The notes beneath the pieces were generated by a model that had not been told where the DNA came from, ran no database searches, and was given only the letters and a program-made list of their open reading frames with translations. DNA of 64,000 bases from an uncultured Ignavibacteriales bacterium (lineage in GTDB: Bacteria > Zixibacteria > MSB-5A5 > GN15 > FEB-12), in contig CAZCZL010000001.1 in assembly GCA_964503315.1 (NCBI GenBank), forward strand, positions 186,514-250,513, read 5' to 3'. This document shows, one piece after another, positions 15,613 through 24,002 of the stretch. Position 1 is the stretch's first letter. Each line of letters begins with the position of its first letter. The position numbers and the translations under genes were made by a program.

Positions 15613-16293
15613 TCAGAATCTGATACCGGCAAAGATAGCGAACGAGCGATTCTCAATTGAGGTCAGAGAGAAGGTCTCGTCGGGATCAGGTGGCTCATCG
15701 TACAGCTTGCCGAGATCCAGATGGTACTGAGCTTCGAGAAACACTGATCCTTTCTGGAGAAGCTTAAATTCCTGCCCGAGGCCAAACGTGAGTCCGGCGA
15801 TTGTCGACTTGTACTTGTCCTCCAGTTCCTGCGGAATTGCCCCGCCGGGGAAATCATCGGACTCCCCGAGCTTAATATCAATACGTGGGCCTGCCAGCGC
15901 GTAGGTACCAGATGGAAGACTCGCACGCGCCAACAGGTTCAACGACAACATATCGACCCGCGCATGGTAGGTATCGGTGCCAACAATGTCACCAAATTCA
16001 TCGGTCAGAGTGAACTCCTCCTTGTACCCTTTTTGCAGATAGTCTGCCTCTAATCGAAGTCCCAGTCGTGGGGCAAGTGGATGGTCCACAAAGAGCCCGA
16101 TGCCGATCCCGGTTCTCAAGCCGATCTCCCGGTCGAACTGAACACCGCTGTATTCGAACTTCTGGTCGGCCAGGGCGATGCCTGCTTTGGCGCCAATGTC
16201 AAACTGGGCGCGCGCTATGTCAGGACATATCAACTGTAGTGCCAACAGGATGATCGGTACGAGGATGAGTACTTGACGAATTCTAGTAGTCAT
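15613..16293 (-). CDS. Outer-membrane beta-barrel protein (OMP_b-brl/OmpW-like)
   Basis: The ORF track starts at 16335, which overlaps the predicted -10 box. ATG 16293 (MTTRIRQVLILVPIILLALQ...ARAQ) has an AGGGGA Shine-Dalgarno sequence. The sequence has an alternating beta-strand pattern and a terminal Phe (AGIRF). Confidence 0.8.
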   Translation of the reverse strand: MTTRIRQVLILVPIILLALQLICPDIARAQFDIGAKAGIALADQKFEYSGVQFDREIGLRTGIGIGLFVDHPLAPRLGLRLEADYLQKGYKEEFTLTDEFGDIVGTDTYHARVDMLSLNLLARASLPSGTYALAGPRIDIKLGESDDFPGGAIPQELEDKYKSTIAGLTFGLGQEFKLLQKGSVFLEAQYHLDLGKLYDEPPDPDETFSLTSIENRSFAIFAGIRF

Positions 16294-16333
16294 GTCTTTT
16301 CCCCTGTGTGCTAAAAGGTGGTCGTAGTAGTAC

Positions 16334-16362
16334 ATTATACGGGCGACCCGTGAAAATGTCCA
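16334..16362 (-). promoter_or_regulatory. Sigma70-type promoter for the OMP gene
   Basis: On the minus strand: TGGACA, 17 nt, TATAAT (a perfect -10). Confidence 0.55.
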
Positions 16363-16395
16363 TCCAAGATTTCGTTGAGGATATGAGTTCTTAGA

Positions 16396-16725
16396 TCACT
16401 CGACAATTCGCCAGAGAACCAACAGGATACCAGCGACCAGGATTGTGCCGAATATTCCTTTGTTATGCTTGGCGAGCCACAGTGGAAGGTAGATATCGAA
16501 ATTCGGTTCGCGACTAGTAGTGTGTTGCGCGGCTAACGGTGTCAGCGGGCAGGTCCATTTGTTCAGGACGATGACGACGCATTCCCCAAGCGCCAAAGCG
16601 AGAGATATCCAGGTAAGCGTAATCACGTTTCCGGTAAGTCCGCTGTACAGAACGTAGAGAATGGCTGCGGCCATGATCGCCCAGATAGCGGTGTGGAGAA
16701 GTTTGATGCGGACGAGGGGGTGCAT
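16396..16725 (-). CDS. Small membrane protein, DUF2784-like
   Basis: 109 aa, three to four TM helices, WTCPLTP motif. Family recalled only. Confidence 0.5.
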   Translation of the reverse strand: MHPLVRIKLLHTAIWAIMAAAILYVLYSGLTGNVITLTWISLALALGECVVIVLNKWTCPLTPLAAQHTTSREPNFDIYLPLWLAKHNKGIFGTILVAGILLVLWRIVE

Positions 16726-16767
16726 GGGGAAATCGAAATGTCTGACTGAGGAGTTCGGATATGCAAA

Positions 16768-16791
16768 GGCGGGTTCGAAGTCGGACCCGCC
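16768..16791 (-). terminator. Hairpin after rho
   Basis: GGCGGGT-N10-ACCCGCC. On the minus strand it is followed by TTTG. It lies 29 nt past the rho stop. Confidence 0.45.
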
Positions 16792-16819
16792 CTACGATCT
16801 TACCATCAAAAAAACAGTA

Positions 16820-18079
16820 CTAGTCCTTCATACTCGCCAGGAAGCGCTCGTTGCCTTTGGTCTTCTTCATGCGATCAAGCAGGAATTCCATCGCTTCAAC
16901 AGGGTTCATTTCAGCCAGGAACTTGCGCAAAATCCAGACCTTGTTCAGGATCTCATCGGTCAACAGCAATTCTTCCTTACGGGTGGATGAACGGTTAATG
17001 TCCATCGCCGGGAAAATGCGTCGGTCGGCCAGACGGCGATCCATCACCATTTCCATATTACCGGTCCCCTTGAACTCTTCGAAAATGACTTCGTCCATAC
17101 GGGAGCCGGTTTCGATGAGCGCGGTGGCGATAATGGTCAGCGAGCCGCCTTCCTCGATATTTCGCGCCGCGCCAAAGAACCGTTTCGGTTTGTGCAGCGC
17201 GTTGGAGTCAACACCACCCGAGAGGATCTTGCCAGAGTGCGGCACCACAGCGTTATGCGCGCGGGCCAGACGGGTGATGGAGTCGAGCAGGATGACGACA
17301 TCGTGTTTGTGCTCGGTCAGGCGTTTGGCTTTTTCCAGCACCATATTGGCGACCTGAACATGGCGCTCGGCCGGTTCATCGAAAGTCGAGGAGATAACCT
17401 CGCCTTTGACTGAGCGGCGCATATCGGTGACTTCCTCAGGACGTTCGTCGATGAGGAGCACGATCAGTTTGACTTTCGGGTGATTGGCGGTGATCGCCTG
17501 GGCAATCTTTTGGAGGATAATAGTCTTACCGGCTTTAGGCGGCGACGTGATCAGCGCGCGCTGGCCCATACCGATCGGGCACATCAGGTCGATAATGCGG
17601 GTGGTCAGTTCTTCGGGGATCGTCTCGAGATGAAACGCTTCGTTCGGGTAGAGCGGCGTCAGGTTGTCAAACAGGGTTTTGTGTTTGGCGACCTCGGGAT
17701 CCTCGAAGTTGACCGCCTCGATCTTGAGGAGCGCAAAATAGCGCTCGTTATCTTTTGGTGGACGGACCTGCCCGGAGATGGTATCACCGGTGCGAAGGTC
17801 GAAGCGCTTGATCTGCGACGGAGAGACGTAAATATCGTCCTGTCCCGGGAGATAGTTGTAGTCCGGCGAGCGGAGGAACCCGTACCCTTCCTCCATGATC
17901 TCGAGGACTCCCTCGGCGAAAATCATGCCGTTGGTGTTGGATTGATTCTCCATCACCTTGTAGATCAGTTCCGATTTGCGCAAGCCGGAGACACCCGGAA
18001 TATCCAGGTCTTCGGCGATCTTAAGCAGCTCGGCGATCGTTTTTGATTTCAGTTCAGCTAATTCCATGGCGTTTCCCAT
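16820..18079 (-). CDS. rho: Transcription termination factor Rho
   Basis: 419 aa. It has an N-terminal Rho_N/CSD region and the ATPase core (Walker [18 protein letters not shown]). Confidence 0.97.
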   Translation of the reverse strand: MGNAMELAELKSKTIAELLKIAEDLDIPGVSGLRKSELIYKVMENQSNTNGMIFAEGVLEIMEEGYGFLRSPDYNYLPGQDDIYVSPSQIKRFDLRTGDTISGQVRPPKDNERYFALLKIEAVNFEDPEVAKHKTLFDNLTPLYPNEAFHLETIPEELTTRIIDLMCPIGMGQRALITSPPKAGKTIILQKIAQAITANHPKVKLIVLLIDERPEEVTDMRRSVKGEVISSTFDEPAERHVQVANMVLEKAKRLTEHKHDVVILLDSITRLARAHNAVVPHSGKILSGGVDSNALHKPKRFFGAARNIEEGGSLTIIATALIETGSRMDEVIFEEFKGTGNMEMVMDRRLADRRIFPAMDINRSSTRKEELLLTDEILNKVWILRKFLAEMNPVEAMEFLLDRMKKTKGNERFLASMKD

Positions 18080-18096
18080 ACGTATCTATCATTCCA

Positions 18097-18561
18097 TCAT
18101 TTCTTCTTTTTAGTCGTGGCTGTCTTCGTTGCGGTCTTTTTGGCGGTCGTCTTTTTGACGGCTTTTGTCGTACCTGTCTTAGTGGCGGGAGCAGCAGTCC
18201 GACCGCTCTCGTCACTCATCTCCTCGACCGCGGCATCTCCCCAGAGGCGTTCCAGCGCGTAGAACCGTCGCGTCGATTCATGAAAGACATGTACGACGAC
18301 ATCGATATAGTCGAGCAGGACCCAGTTCCCTTGTCCCAGACCTTCGCGGTGGGCGGGAAAGTGACCGGCTTGAGACATCCCGTCATCGATCGCGTTGGCG
18401 ATCGCTTTAACGTGAACATCGGCATCTCCCGACACGATGACAAAGTAATCGCAGACGGAAGAGATCGATTTCAGTTTGAGAATCTTGACGTCGAAACCTT
18501 TTTTGGACAGGGCCAGCCGGCCGGCCAGCCTCGCGAGCGTAAGCGGGGACGTTTTCTTCAA
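18097..18561 (-). CDS. rsfS: Ribosome silencing factor RsfS with a K/T/A-rich C-terminal tail
   Basis: 154 aa. The iojap-like core is CDYFVIVSG...NWVLLDYIDVVVHVF. The tail is TKTGTTKAVKKTTAKKTATKTATTKKKK. Confidence 0.9.
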   Translation of the reverse strand: MKKTSPLTLARLAGRLALSKKGFDVKILKLKSISSVCDYFVIVSGDADVHVKAIANAIDDGMSQAGHFPAHREGLGQGNWVLLDYIDVVVHVFHESTRRFYALERLWGDAAVEEMSDESGRTAAPATKTGTTKAVKKTTAKKTATKTATTKKKK

Positions 18562-18573
18562 GACTCTGAGTTT

Positions 18574-19131
18574 TTACTCCTTCGTTTCAGTTCCGGCAAG
18601 CCGGATCTTATAGTAATCTTCGCCCAGGACAAGCGTGACGCCGACTGAGCGGACATTGTTATCAAGCGGTTCATAGATCACATCAGTCGGCTCAAGACCG
18701 ATCTGTTTGGCGAAATGGCGGGCCATTTGATCATCCGGCTGTCGCGAGACGACAAATGACGCCATGATCTTGCGCATGTCAAACGTGCTGGTCTCGACCA
18801 CCAGGATATTCAGCCCCTCTCCCGTGAAGCCATTCAGTTGCCGCGCCAGTCTCTCTTCAGCCCCGGCGACGCCGGAACCGTTGACGATCTGCAGGCGCAT
18901 CGGCTCAGCCGGAGTATCCAGTTCACGCGTGACGCCCGTCGCGACCTTGACTGAGAAGATGGCGACCCCGATGATAGTGAGCATCGCCGCGGCCAAAAGC
19001 GCTATCTCAGCGAACTTTCCAACCGTACGCCAGCGCGAGCGTCGGGGAGTCGGCTCGGTAATGGTCGATTCGTCATGAAGAGGCGGTTCAGATTGAAGCA
19101 TGAATGGAAACGTACAGGCAGGAACAATCAA
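18574..19131 (-). CDS. LytR_C domain membrane protein
   Basis: 185 aa (possibly starting at a later Met). One TM helix, then LQIVNGSGVAGAEERLARQL...VTLVLGEDY. Confidence 0.7.
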   Translation of the reverse strand: MIVPACTFPFMLQSEPPLHDESTITEPTPRRSRWRTVGKFAEIALLAAAMLTIIGVAIFSVKVATGVTRELDTPAEPMRLQIVNGSGVAGAEERLARQLNGFTGEGLNILVVETSTFDMRKIMASFVVSRQPDDQMARHFAKQIGLEPTDVIYEPLDNNVRSVGVTLVLGEDYYKIRLAGTETKE

Positions 19132-19175
19132 TATCGCTGGTGCTGCAACTGCCTCTCTTTCGGCGACGCGTTAAC

Positions 19176-19646
19176 TTAGTATCGATAGGCCGGACGGAAC
19201 ATGCTGCCATTGTCAAAGTACCACGGCCCGTAGCCGCTGACTCTCTGGAAGCCGATCGTCATCCGGAACTTCTCGGAGGGATGGTAGTCGAGCTGGAAGC
19301 CCGGCAGGATGGTGGCATCGTTCTTCGCGTCACCCCAGATAGCTCCGGAATTGTGAAGAACGCCGACGTTGACCGACAGCGAGAGCGAGTTCGAAAAATC
19401 GTAGAACATGGTTGTGTTCAACAGACCTGCCGAACCGGACGTATTGCCACCGGAGAAGTAGGAGATCGAGTAACTATGCGACCACCGAATGCGGGAAATA
19501 TCCAGCAGCGAGAATGGATTGGGTGCCCCTTTCAGTCCGAGCGAACTGCTCGAAATGGAGGCGGGGCTGGACGTCGGCGCCGGATCGGCAGCCATCGCCG
19601 CACCAACAAAAACCATCACGCTGGCCAGGATAATTAGGGTCTTCAT
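19176..19646 (-). CDS. Hypothetical secreted Ser-rich protein, possibly a small beta-barrel
   Basis: The ORF track gives 19661. Met at 19646 starts the signal peptide MKTLIILASVMVFVGAAMA. The C-terminus is aromatic (..AYRY). No family recognised. Confidence 0.5.
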   Translation of the reverse strand: MKTLIILASVMVFVGAAMAADPAPTSSPASISSSSLGLKGAPNPFSLLDISRIRWSHSYSISYFSGGNTSGSAGLLNTTMFYDFSNSLSLSVNVGVLHNSGAIWGDAKNDATILPGFQLDYHPSEKFRMTIGFQRVSGYGPWYFDNGSMFRPAYRY

Positions 19647-19798
19647 GGGGTTAACTCTCACTTACGATTAAGGTACCTTCCGTCGCCAAGTCCGTCAACC
19701 TAAAAAACATACGGATACTACTGTATCGGCAGCCGGGTTGCCTCCCCTTTATAACGCGGACCGGGCTTCTTCGTTTACCAAAAACAGCGCGGAAAAAT

Positions 19799-20545
19799 CT
19801 ATTTAAGTCGATTTCCGTACAGCGATTCAAGCTGGGCCAATTGTTCGGTATCATTTACCCCCTGAACCTCATTGGGGTCGGACGCCGCGACCACCGACAC
19901 AACTAAGCCATTGTTGTGCAATATTTTAACTGCGTCCGTCAGGTAGTACTCGCCTTGCGCGTTGGTATTGCCGATCTGCTCGATCACTTCGAACAACTTG
20001 CGGTTGTCGAAACAAAATGTACCAGAATTGACCTCGCGAATCTTGCGGACCTCTTCGGATGCATCTTTGTGCTCAATGATCTCTTTGAGGCGGTCGGAGT
20101 TGCCGTCGCGGATAATTCGACCATACCCGGTTGCGTCGGGGAAGATCGCCGAAAGACAGGTAGCCACAGCGTGATTCCGCGTGTGAGTAGCGAATAGATT
20201 GTTGATAGCGGCTTCGGACAAAAACGGAACATCGCCGGCGGCGACCAGAGTGGTGCCTTCAAACGATGCCATCTGATCTTTTGTCATCATGACGGCATGA
20301 CCGGTGCCGTGTTGTTCGCGTTGCCAGGCGAATTCGACAGGGTATGACGCAAGCGCGTCCTGCACCATCTCCCCCTTATGTCCGATGACGACGACGATCT
20401 TATCGAACTTAAGGCGAATGAGGGTGTCGAGGAGAATGGAGACCATCGGGCGGCCATGGATGGTGTGGAGTACCTTGGGAAGGTCCGATTTCATACGCTT
20501 CCCTTTGCCGGCAGCCAGAACTATAGCAGCGCGCTTGTGCGACAC
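19799..20545 (-). CDS. GlmU-like sugar-1-phosphate uridylyltransferase, N-terminal domain only
   Basis: 248 aa. AIVLAAGKGKRMKSDLPKVLH and QREQHGTGHAV are GlmU pyrophosphorylase motifs. No LbH acetyltransferase domain follows. Confidence 0.75.
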   Translation of the reverse strand: MSHKRAAIVLAAGKGKRMKSDLPKVLHTIHGRPMVSILLDTLIRLKFDKIVVVIGHKGEMVQDALASYPVEFAWQREQHGTGHAVMMTKDQMASFEGTTLVAAGDVPFLSEAAINNLFATHTRNHAVATCLSAIFPDATGYGRIIRDGNSDRLKEIIEHKDASEEVRKIREVNSGTFCFDNRKLFEVIEQIGNTNAQGEYYLTDAVKILHNNGLVVSVVAASDPNEVQGVNDTEQLAQLESLYGNRLK

Positions 20546-20589
20546 AGATTCACTCCTTGAATGGTGAGAGGAAGCCGACCGTCGACTGG

Positions 20590-20940
20590 TTACGCGGTCG
20601 GGCGGTTTTTCGCGTCGACATGGACCGCGATCGGCTTATGGTTGGCCGCCTCGGTCGGGTCGTACTGCGCATACGAGAGGATGATCAAGAGGTCCCCCTT
20701 CATTCCCTTGCGGGCGGCGGCGCCATTGAGCGCAATGATCCCACTGCCGGGAGCACCTTTGATGACATACGTATCAAATCGTTCGCCATTGTTGATATTC
20801 GCGATATCAACCTTTTCGAACTCCTGGAGCTTCGCCAGCTTCATCAGGTTCTCATCGATAGTGATGGAACCGACATAGTTGAGGTCGGCATCGGTCAAGG
20901 TGGCGCGATGTATTTTCGATTTCAGCAGTGTGACTAACAT
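20590..20940 (-). CDS. panD: Aspartate 1-decarboxylase
   Basis: The ORF track gives 20982. ATG 20940 gives [24 protein letters not shown]|SITID, with the pyruvoyl self-cleavage site. Confidence 0.95.
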   Translation of the reverse strand: MLVTLLKSKIHRATLTDADLNYVGSITIDENLMKLAKLQEFEKVDIANINNGERFDTYVIKGAPGSGIIALNGAAARKGMKGDLLIILSYAQYDPTEAANHKPIAVHVDAKNRPTA

Positions 20941-20971
20941 TTCTCTTTCAATCCCTTTCGGATGCAGCCCG

Positions 20972-20999
20972 AATATAGTCAAAACCGGCGATATCGCAA
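20972..20999 (-). promoter_or_regulatory. Candidate promoter for panD
   Basis: On the minus strand: TTGCGA, 16 nt, TATATT, ~31 nt upstream of ATG 20940. Confidence 0.4.
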
Positions 21000-21025
21000 G
21001 TCTGGCGAGCGCACGGACAACATAC

Positions 21026-21054
21026 TGTCCAGTAGCCTAACCAGCTACTGGACA
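21026..21054 (-). terminator. Perfect 11-bp hairpin after the NUDIX gene
   Basis: TGTCCAGTAGC-ctaacca-GCTACTGGACA. It lies 57 nt past the NUDIX stop and has no U-tract on the minus strand. Confidence 0.4.
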
Positions 21055-21110
21055 AAAAGTTCCCTGATTTTCGGAGTTCCCCGAAATGGAAAACATAATA
21101 GCGGATAAGC

Positions 21111-21593
21111 TTAGGGGGTTATCTCGACCCAGGTTTTGGCGGGGTAAACCTCAAGTTCTTCGGTGATATCCTCGATCGCCACCACCAGATTCTTCCAGCT
21201 CACCAGCTTGCGGGCCTTGTGGCTATACAGCCAAGCGAAGCCGCTATTCTCATTGTTGAGCGTCACGGTCGAATCATTGGGGACAACCGCAACTATCAGC
21301 GGAAGGATCCAGATCTGGTCAAATTCCGGCTCATAGAATTGCACCAGATACTCAGTTGACCAGAGACGTTCGGCGGACAGGCCCACTTCTTCTTTCAATT
21401 CGCGAGCGGCGATCTGGGCGGCGGTTTCATTCCCTGCTTTAGTGCCGGTAACAAATCCCCAACATCCGGCATATGATTCGGTTTCGGCGCGTTGGACCAG
21501 CAGGAATTTCCAGCCGTCATCATCTTTTTTCACGACGGCGATATTTACGCCGGGGGAGGTTATCTCAATCGATTGCGGACGGATATTTGACAC
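21111..21593 (-). CDS. NUDIX hydrolase
   Basis: 160 aa. Nudix box GTKAGNETAAQIAARELKEEVGL. Confidence 0.85.
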   Translation of the reverse strand: MSNIRPQSIEITSPGVNIAVVKKDDDGWKFLLVQRAETESYAGCWGFVTGTKAGNETAAQIAARELKEEVGLSAERLWSTEYLVQFYEPEFDQIWILPLIVAVVPNDSTVTLNNENSGFAWLYSHKARKLVSWKNLVVAIEDITEELEVYPAKTWVEITP

Positions 21594-21597
21594 AGAA

Positions 21598-22449
21598 TCA
21601 GCCCTTTTTCAGCAACATGTTGTCAATCAAGCGCACTCCGTGAAGTCGCACTGCCAAAGAGCAAACTGTCTCGCCGGTGATGGTCGCGACATCGGCCAGA
21701 GTGTTAAAATCGCTGAAGGCGATATAATCGATTTCCGCTGAAGGGCAAGTCTTTTTGATAACTTTGCGCATCTCATCCGAGATGGTTTTTGTCGCTCGAA
21801 TCCCATCTTTGAGCATTTGTTTCGCAAGAGTCAGCGCGCGATACAGCGCGACAGCTTCGACTCGGGCGGTTGGAGTCAGATAGCTGTTGCGAGAGGACAT
21901 GGCGAGGCCATCCTTCTCGCGGACAGTCGGCGCGATGATGTACTTGATTGGATAGCCGAGATCGCGCGTCATCTGGCGAAGGACCACCGCCTGCTGGAAA
22001 TCTTTCTGTCCGAATACGACAACATCGGGGCGAGTCAGATTAAACAGCTTGGCGACGATAGTCGCGACCCCTTTGAAATGGCCGGGACGGATAGAGCCTT
22101 CCAACACATCGGTCAATCTCTCGACATTGACGTAGGTCTGGAAATCGGGCGGATAGATCTCTTTGGCATCGGGGATGAAGACAATATCTCCGCCGGCAGA
22201 CTTAATCTTTTTCAGGTCTCCTTTTTCATCGCGCGGGTATTTGGCGAGATCTTCGTTTGGAGCGAACTGGGTCGGATTGACGAAGATGGTGGTGATGACG
22301 ATATCGGCTTCTTTTTTGGCGCGACGGATCAGCGAAAGGTGGCCATCGTGGAGATATCCCATAGTCGGGACGAGGCCGATCGTTTTCCCTTGGGCGGCGA
22401 GTTTACGGGTGGCCGCGTGGATCTGTTTTATGGTGCGGAGGGTGCGCAT
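21598..22449 (-). CDS. panC: Pantoate--beta-alanine ligase
   Basis: 283 aa. LVPTMGYLHDGHLSLI is the HIGH-type motif. Confidence 0.95.
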   Translation of the reverse strand: MRTLRTIKQIHAATRKLAAQGKTIGLVPTMGYLHDGHLSLIRRAKKEADIVITTIFVNPTQFAPNEDLAKYPRDEKGDLKKIKSAGGDIVFIPDAKEIYPPDFQTYVNVERLTDVLEGSIRPGHFKGVATIVAKLFNLTRPDVVVFGQKDFQQAVVLRQMTRDLGYPIKYIIAPTVREKDGLAMSSRNSYLTPTARVEAVALYRALTLAKQMLKDGIRATKTISDEMRKVIKKTCPSAEIDYIAFSDFNTLADVATITGETVCSLAVRLHGVRLIDNMLLKKG

Positions 22450-22510
22450 GCTTAAACGTCCGCTTTTCCATTGGCAAGGCGAGTTGTACTGATCGAGTGA
22501 TAGACAATCC

Positions 22511-22677
22511 GGCTTCGATTCCGCTCAGCCCGACAAGAAACTGGATTCCCGCCTACGCGAGAATGACATAGCGCAGGGACAGCAGGTTGCTTCGTCGACC
22601 GCTCACTTCGTTCGCATGCTCCTCGCAATGACGTTGAATGGAATGGCCAAAGAAGTGGATTCCAGCTTTTGCTGGAA
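22511..22677. repeat. Cluster of short GC-rich REP-like units
   Basis: Four units: GGCTTCGATTCCGCTCAGCCCGA (22511-22533); CTGGATTCCCGCCTACGCGAGAATGAC (22541-22567, imperfect hairpin); a GCTTCG...CTCGCAATGAC unit (22589-22632); and the hairpin TTCCAGC-tttt-GCTGGAA (22660-22677). The last may also terminate the upstream membrane-protein gene. Confidence 0.55.
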
Positions 22678-22715
22678 AGAGGCGGTGTAGACTGCAAGAA
22701 CACCTGATGCTCCCC

Positions 22716-23819
22716 CTACTCTTGCGTCGTCTCTTTCGGGCCGAAGAGGGGTGGTTCTTCGGCGATGCGGTGGCCATCTTTGATCTGGCGAAGCGCCACA
22801 TATCCGCGAGCTTGCGCCGACGCTATCACGGCGAGAAAATAACCTATCACCGACGCGAATATCAGAAACAGCATGAACGTCATGACATACGCGACCAGAC
22901 GGTCGGCTCCATAGACCGGGTAAAATGGAATATCAAACGCCCACTTGATCCCCGGGAAGATGTTGGTCATCTGGTCGACCAGATCGGTCCGAATCGGGAG
23001 ATGATACAGTCCCGCGCGAACCAGATACTCCGGCTCTTTCCCGCCGGCCAGCGATGTTACCACGGTGATGAACTGCACGGCGCGATAACAGAAATAGGCG
23101 TACACAAAGCTCGCCAGCTTTGCGGTAATCAGACCATAGATGGTATACAGAAGCCAGCGCATTGGCGTGCGAATGAGCGTTGAGAACAACTCCAGCAGGA
23201 CACCGAATACCTCGGAAGTACGCTGCGACGCGGCGATAGACGGCAAAAGCAGCACGGTCACTGGCAACGCGAAAATGATAAAAACCGTGAAGAGCGCGAT
23301 AAAGAAATTGGGGACGAAGAATATTAGCGCGTAAAGCCACTCCCCTATTACCGGGATGCGGGCGACGAGACCAAGCAATAAAAATAGCGCGGCGATGAAT
23401 GCCACAAAGGTCACAATACCTAATTCGGCCAGAAAGATCTGTCGGGCGCGGGAACGCGCAAAGCGGAGACCTTCGGTGAAGGACATGAATCGGTTACCAC
23501 GCATTGCCTCGATATTTATCGCGGCAACCCCACAGAATCCGAGCATCAGGAGAAATCCGGCCAACACCACACCCACGAAATAGACCGCTTTGGCCGCCGC
23601 CGTTTCAAACGCGCCAAACTCAAATGGGGAAAATCCATAGGCGGTGTAGACGACATCGAAATCATCCCCCTGGAAATAATAGGCGGTGTAGGTGAAGATG
23701 TTGTAGACGATCAGGCCAAGCACGACCGCGACCGTCATCACCCCGATCTGTTTGGCCGAAAGGGCACGGACCGGCGCCCAGGCAACATCGAGAAAACCAT
23801 ATTTCGGGGAAGATTCCAT
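22716..23819 (-). CDS. Hypothetical polytopic membrane protein
   Basis: 367 aa with about 8 hydrophobic segments. No family recognised and no Shine-Dalgarno sequence. TTGACT lies 28 nt upstream of the ATG. Confidence 0.7.
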   Translation of the reverse strand: MESSPKYGFLDVAWAPVRALSAKQIGVMTVAVVLGLIVYNIFTYTAYYFQGDDFDVVYTAYGFSPFEFGAFETAAAKAVYFVGVVLAGFLLMLGFCGVAAINIEAMRGNRFMSFTEGLRFARSRARQIFLAELGIVTFVAFIAALFLLLGLVARIPVIGEWLYALIFFVPNFFIALFTVFIIFALPVTVLLLPSIAASQRTSEVFGVLLELFSTLIRTPMRWLLYTIYGLITAKLASFVYAYFCYRAVQFITVVTSLAGGKEPEYLVRAGLYHLPIRTDLVDQMTNIFPGIKWAFDIPFYPVYGADRLVAYVMTFMLFLIFASVIGYFLAVIASAQARGYVALRQIKDGHRIAEEPPLFGPKETTQE

Positions 23820-23909
23820 GCTGTAATGTTCTGTCGGGCAAGGAGAAAGTCAAGCTTGAATGCGGGAGGGGAATCGGGCAGCCGAGGACGTCTGCCGCGC
23901 AACAAATCG

Positions 23910-23932
23910 GGCTTCGACTACGCTCAGCCCGA
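23910..23932. repeat. Second copy of the 23-nt unit GGCTTCGAyTmCGCTCAGCCCGA
   Basis: GGCTTCGACTACGCTCAGCCCGA matches 22511-22533 at 21 of 23 positions in the same orientation. Confidence 0.55.
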
Positions 23933-23942
23933 TTTGAACGAG

Positions 23943-23988
23943 ATCACGACGCTTTGCCTTGTCATATTGAAGAGGCAAAGCTCGTGAT
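23943..23988 (-). terminator. Long hairpin after the GTPase gene
   Basis: ATCACGA(C)GCTTTGCCT-N13-AGGCAAAGCTCGTGAT forms 16 bp with one bulge. It lies 15 nt past the stop at 24003. No U-tract. Confidence 0.5.
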
Positions 23989-24002
23989 GACCGCTTCAGG
24001 CG

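Noticed and set aside
15183-15656. 157-aa minus-strand ORF, the same length as the CopD-like ORF on the plus strand
   Set aside because: The plus-strand product has four clean TM helices, the HLxxxxxWxGG motif and a GGAGG Shine-Dalgarno sequence. The minus-strand product is Arg/Ser-rich with no features.
16761-16795. GGGTTCGAAGTC..ACCC, superficially like a tRNA T-arm
   Set aside because: The loop is 10 nt rather than 7, and there are no acceptor, D or anticodon arms around it. It is better explained as the post-rho hairpin. By eye I recognised no tRNA, rRNA, tmRNA or RNase P anywhere, but no covariance-model search was possible.
22452-22801. ORFs of 83 and 82 aa in the panC-upstream gap
   Set aside because: They are translations of REP-like repeat units and give the familiar junk peptides of the ..PAKAGIH.. 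and ..SLRGACERSE.. type. I call them repeats, not genes.
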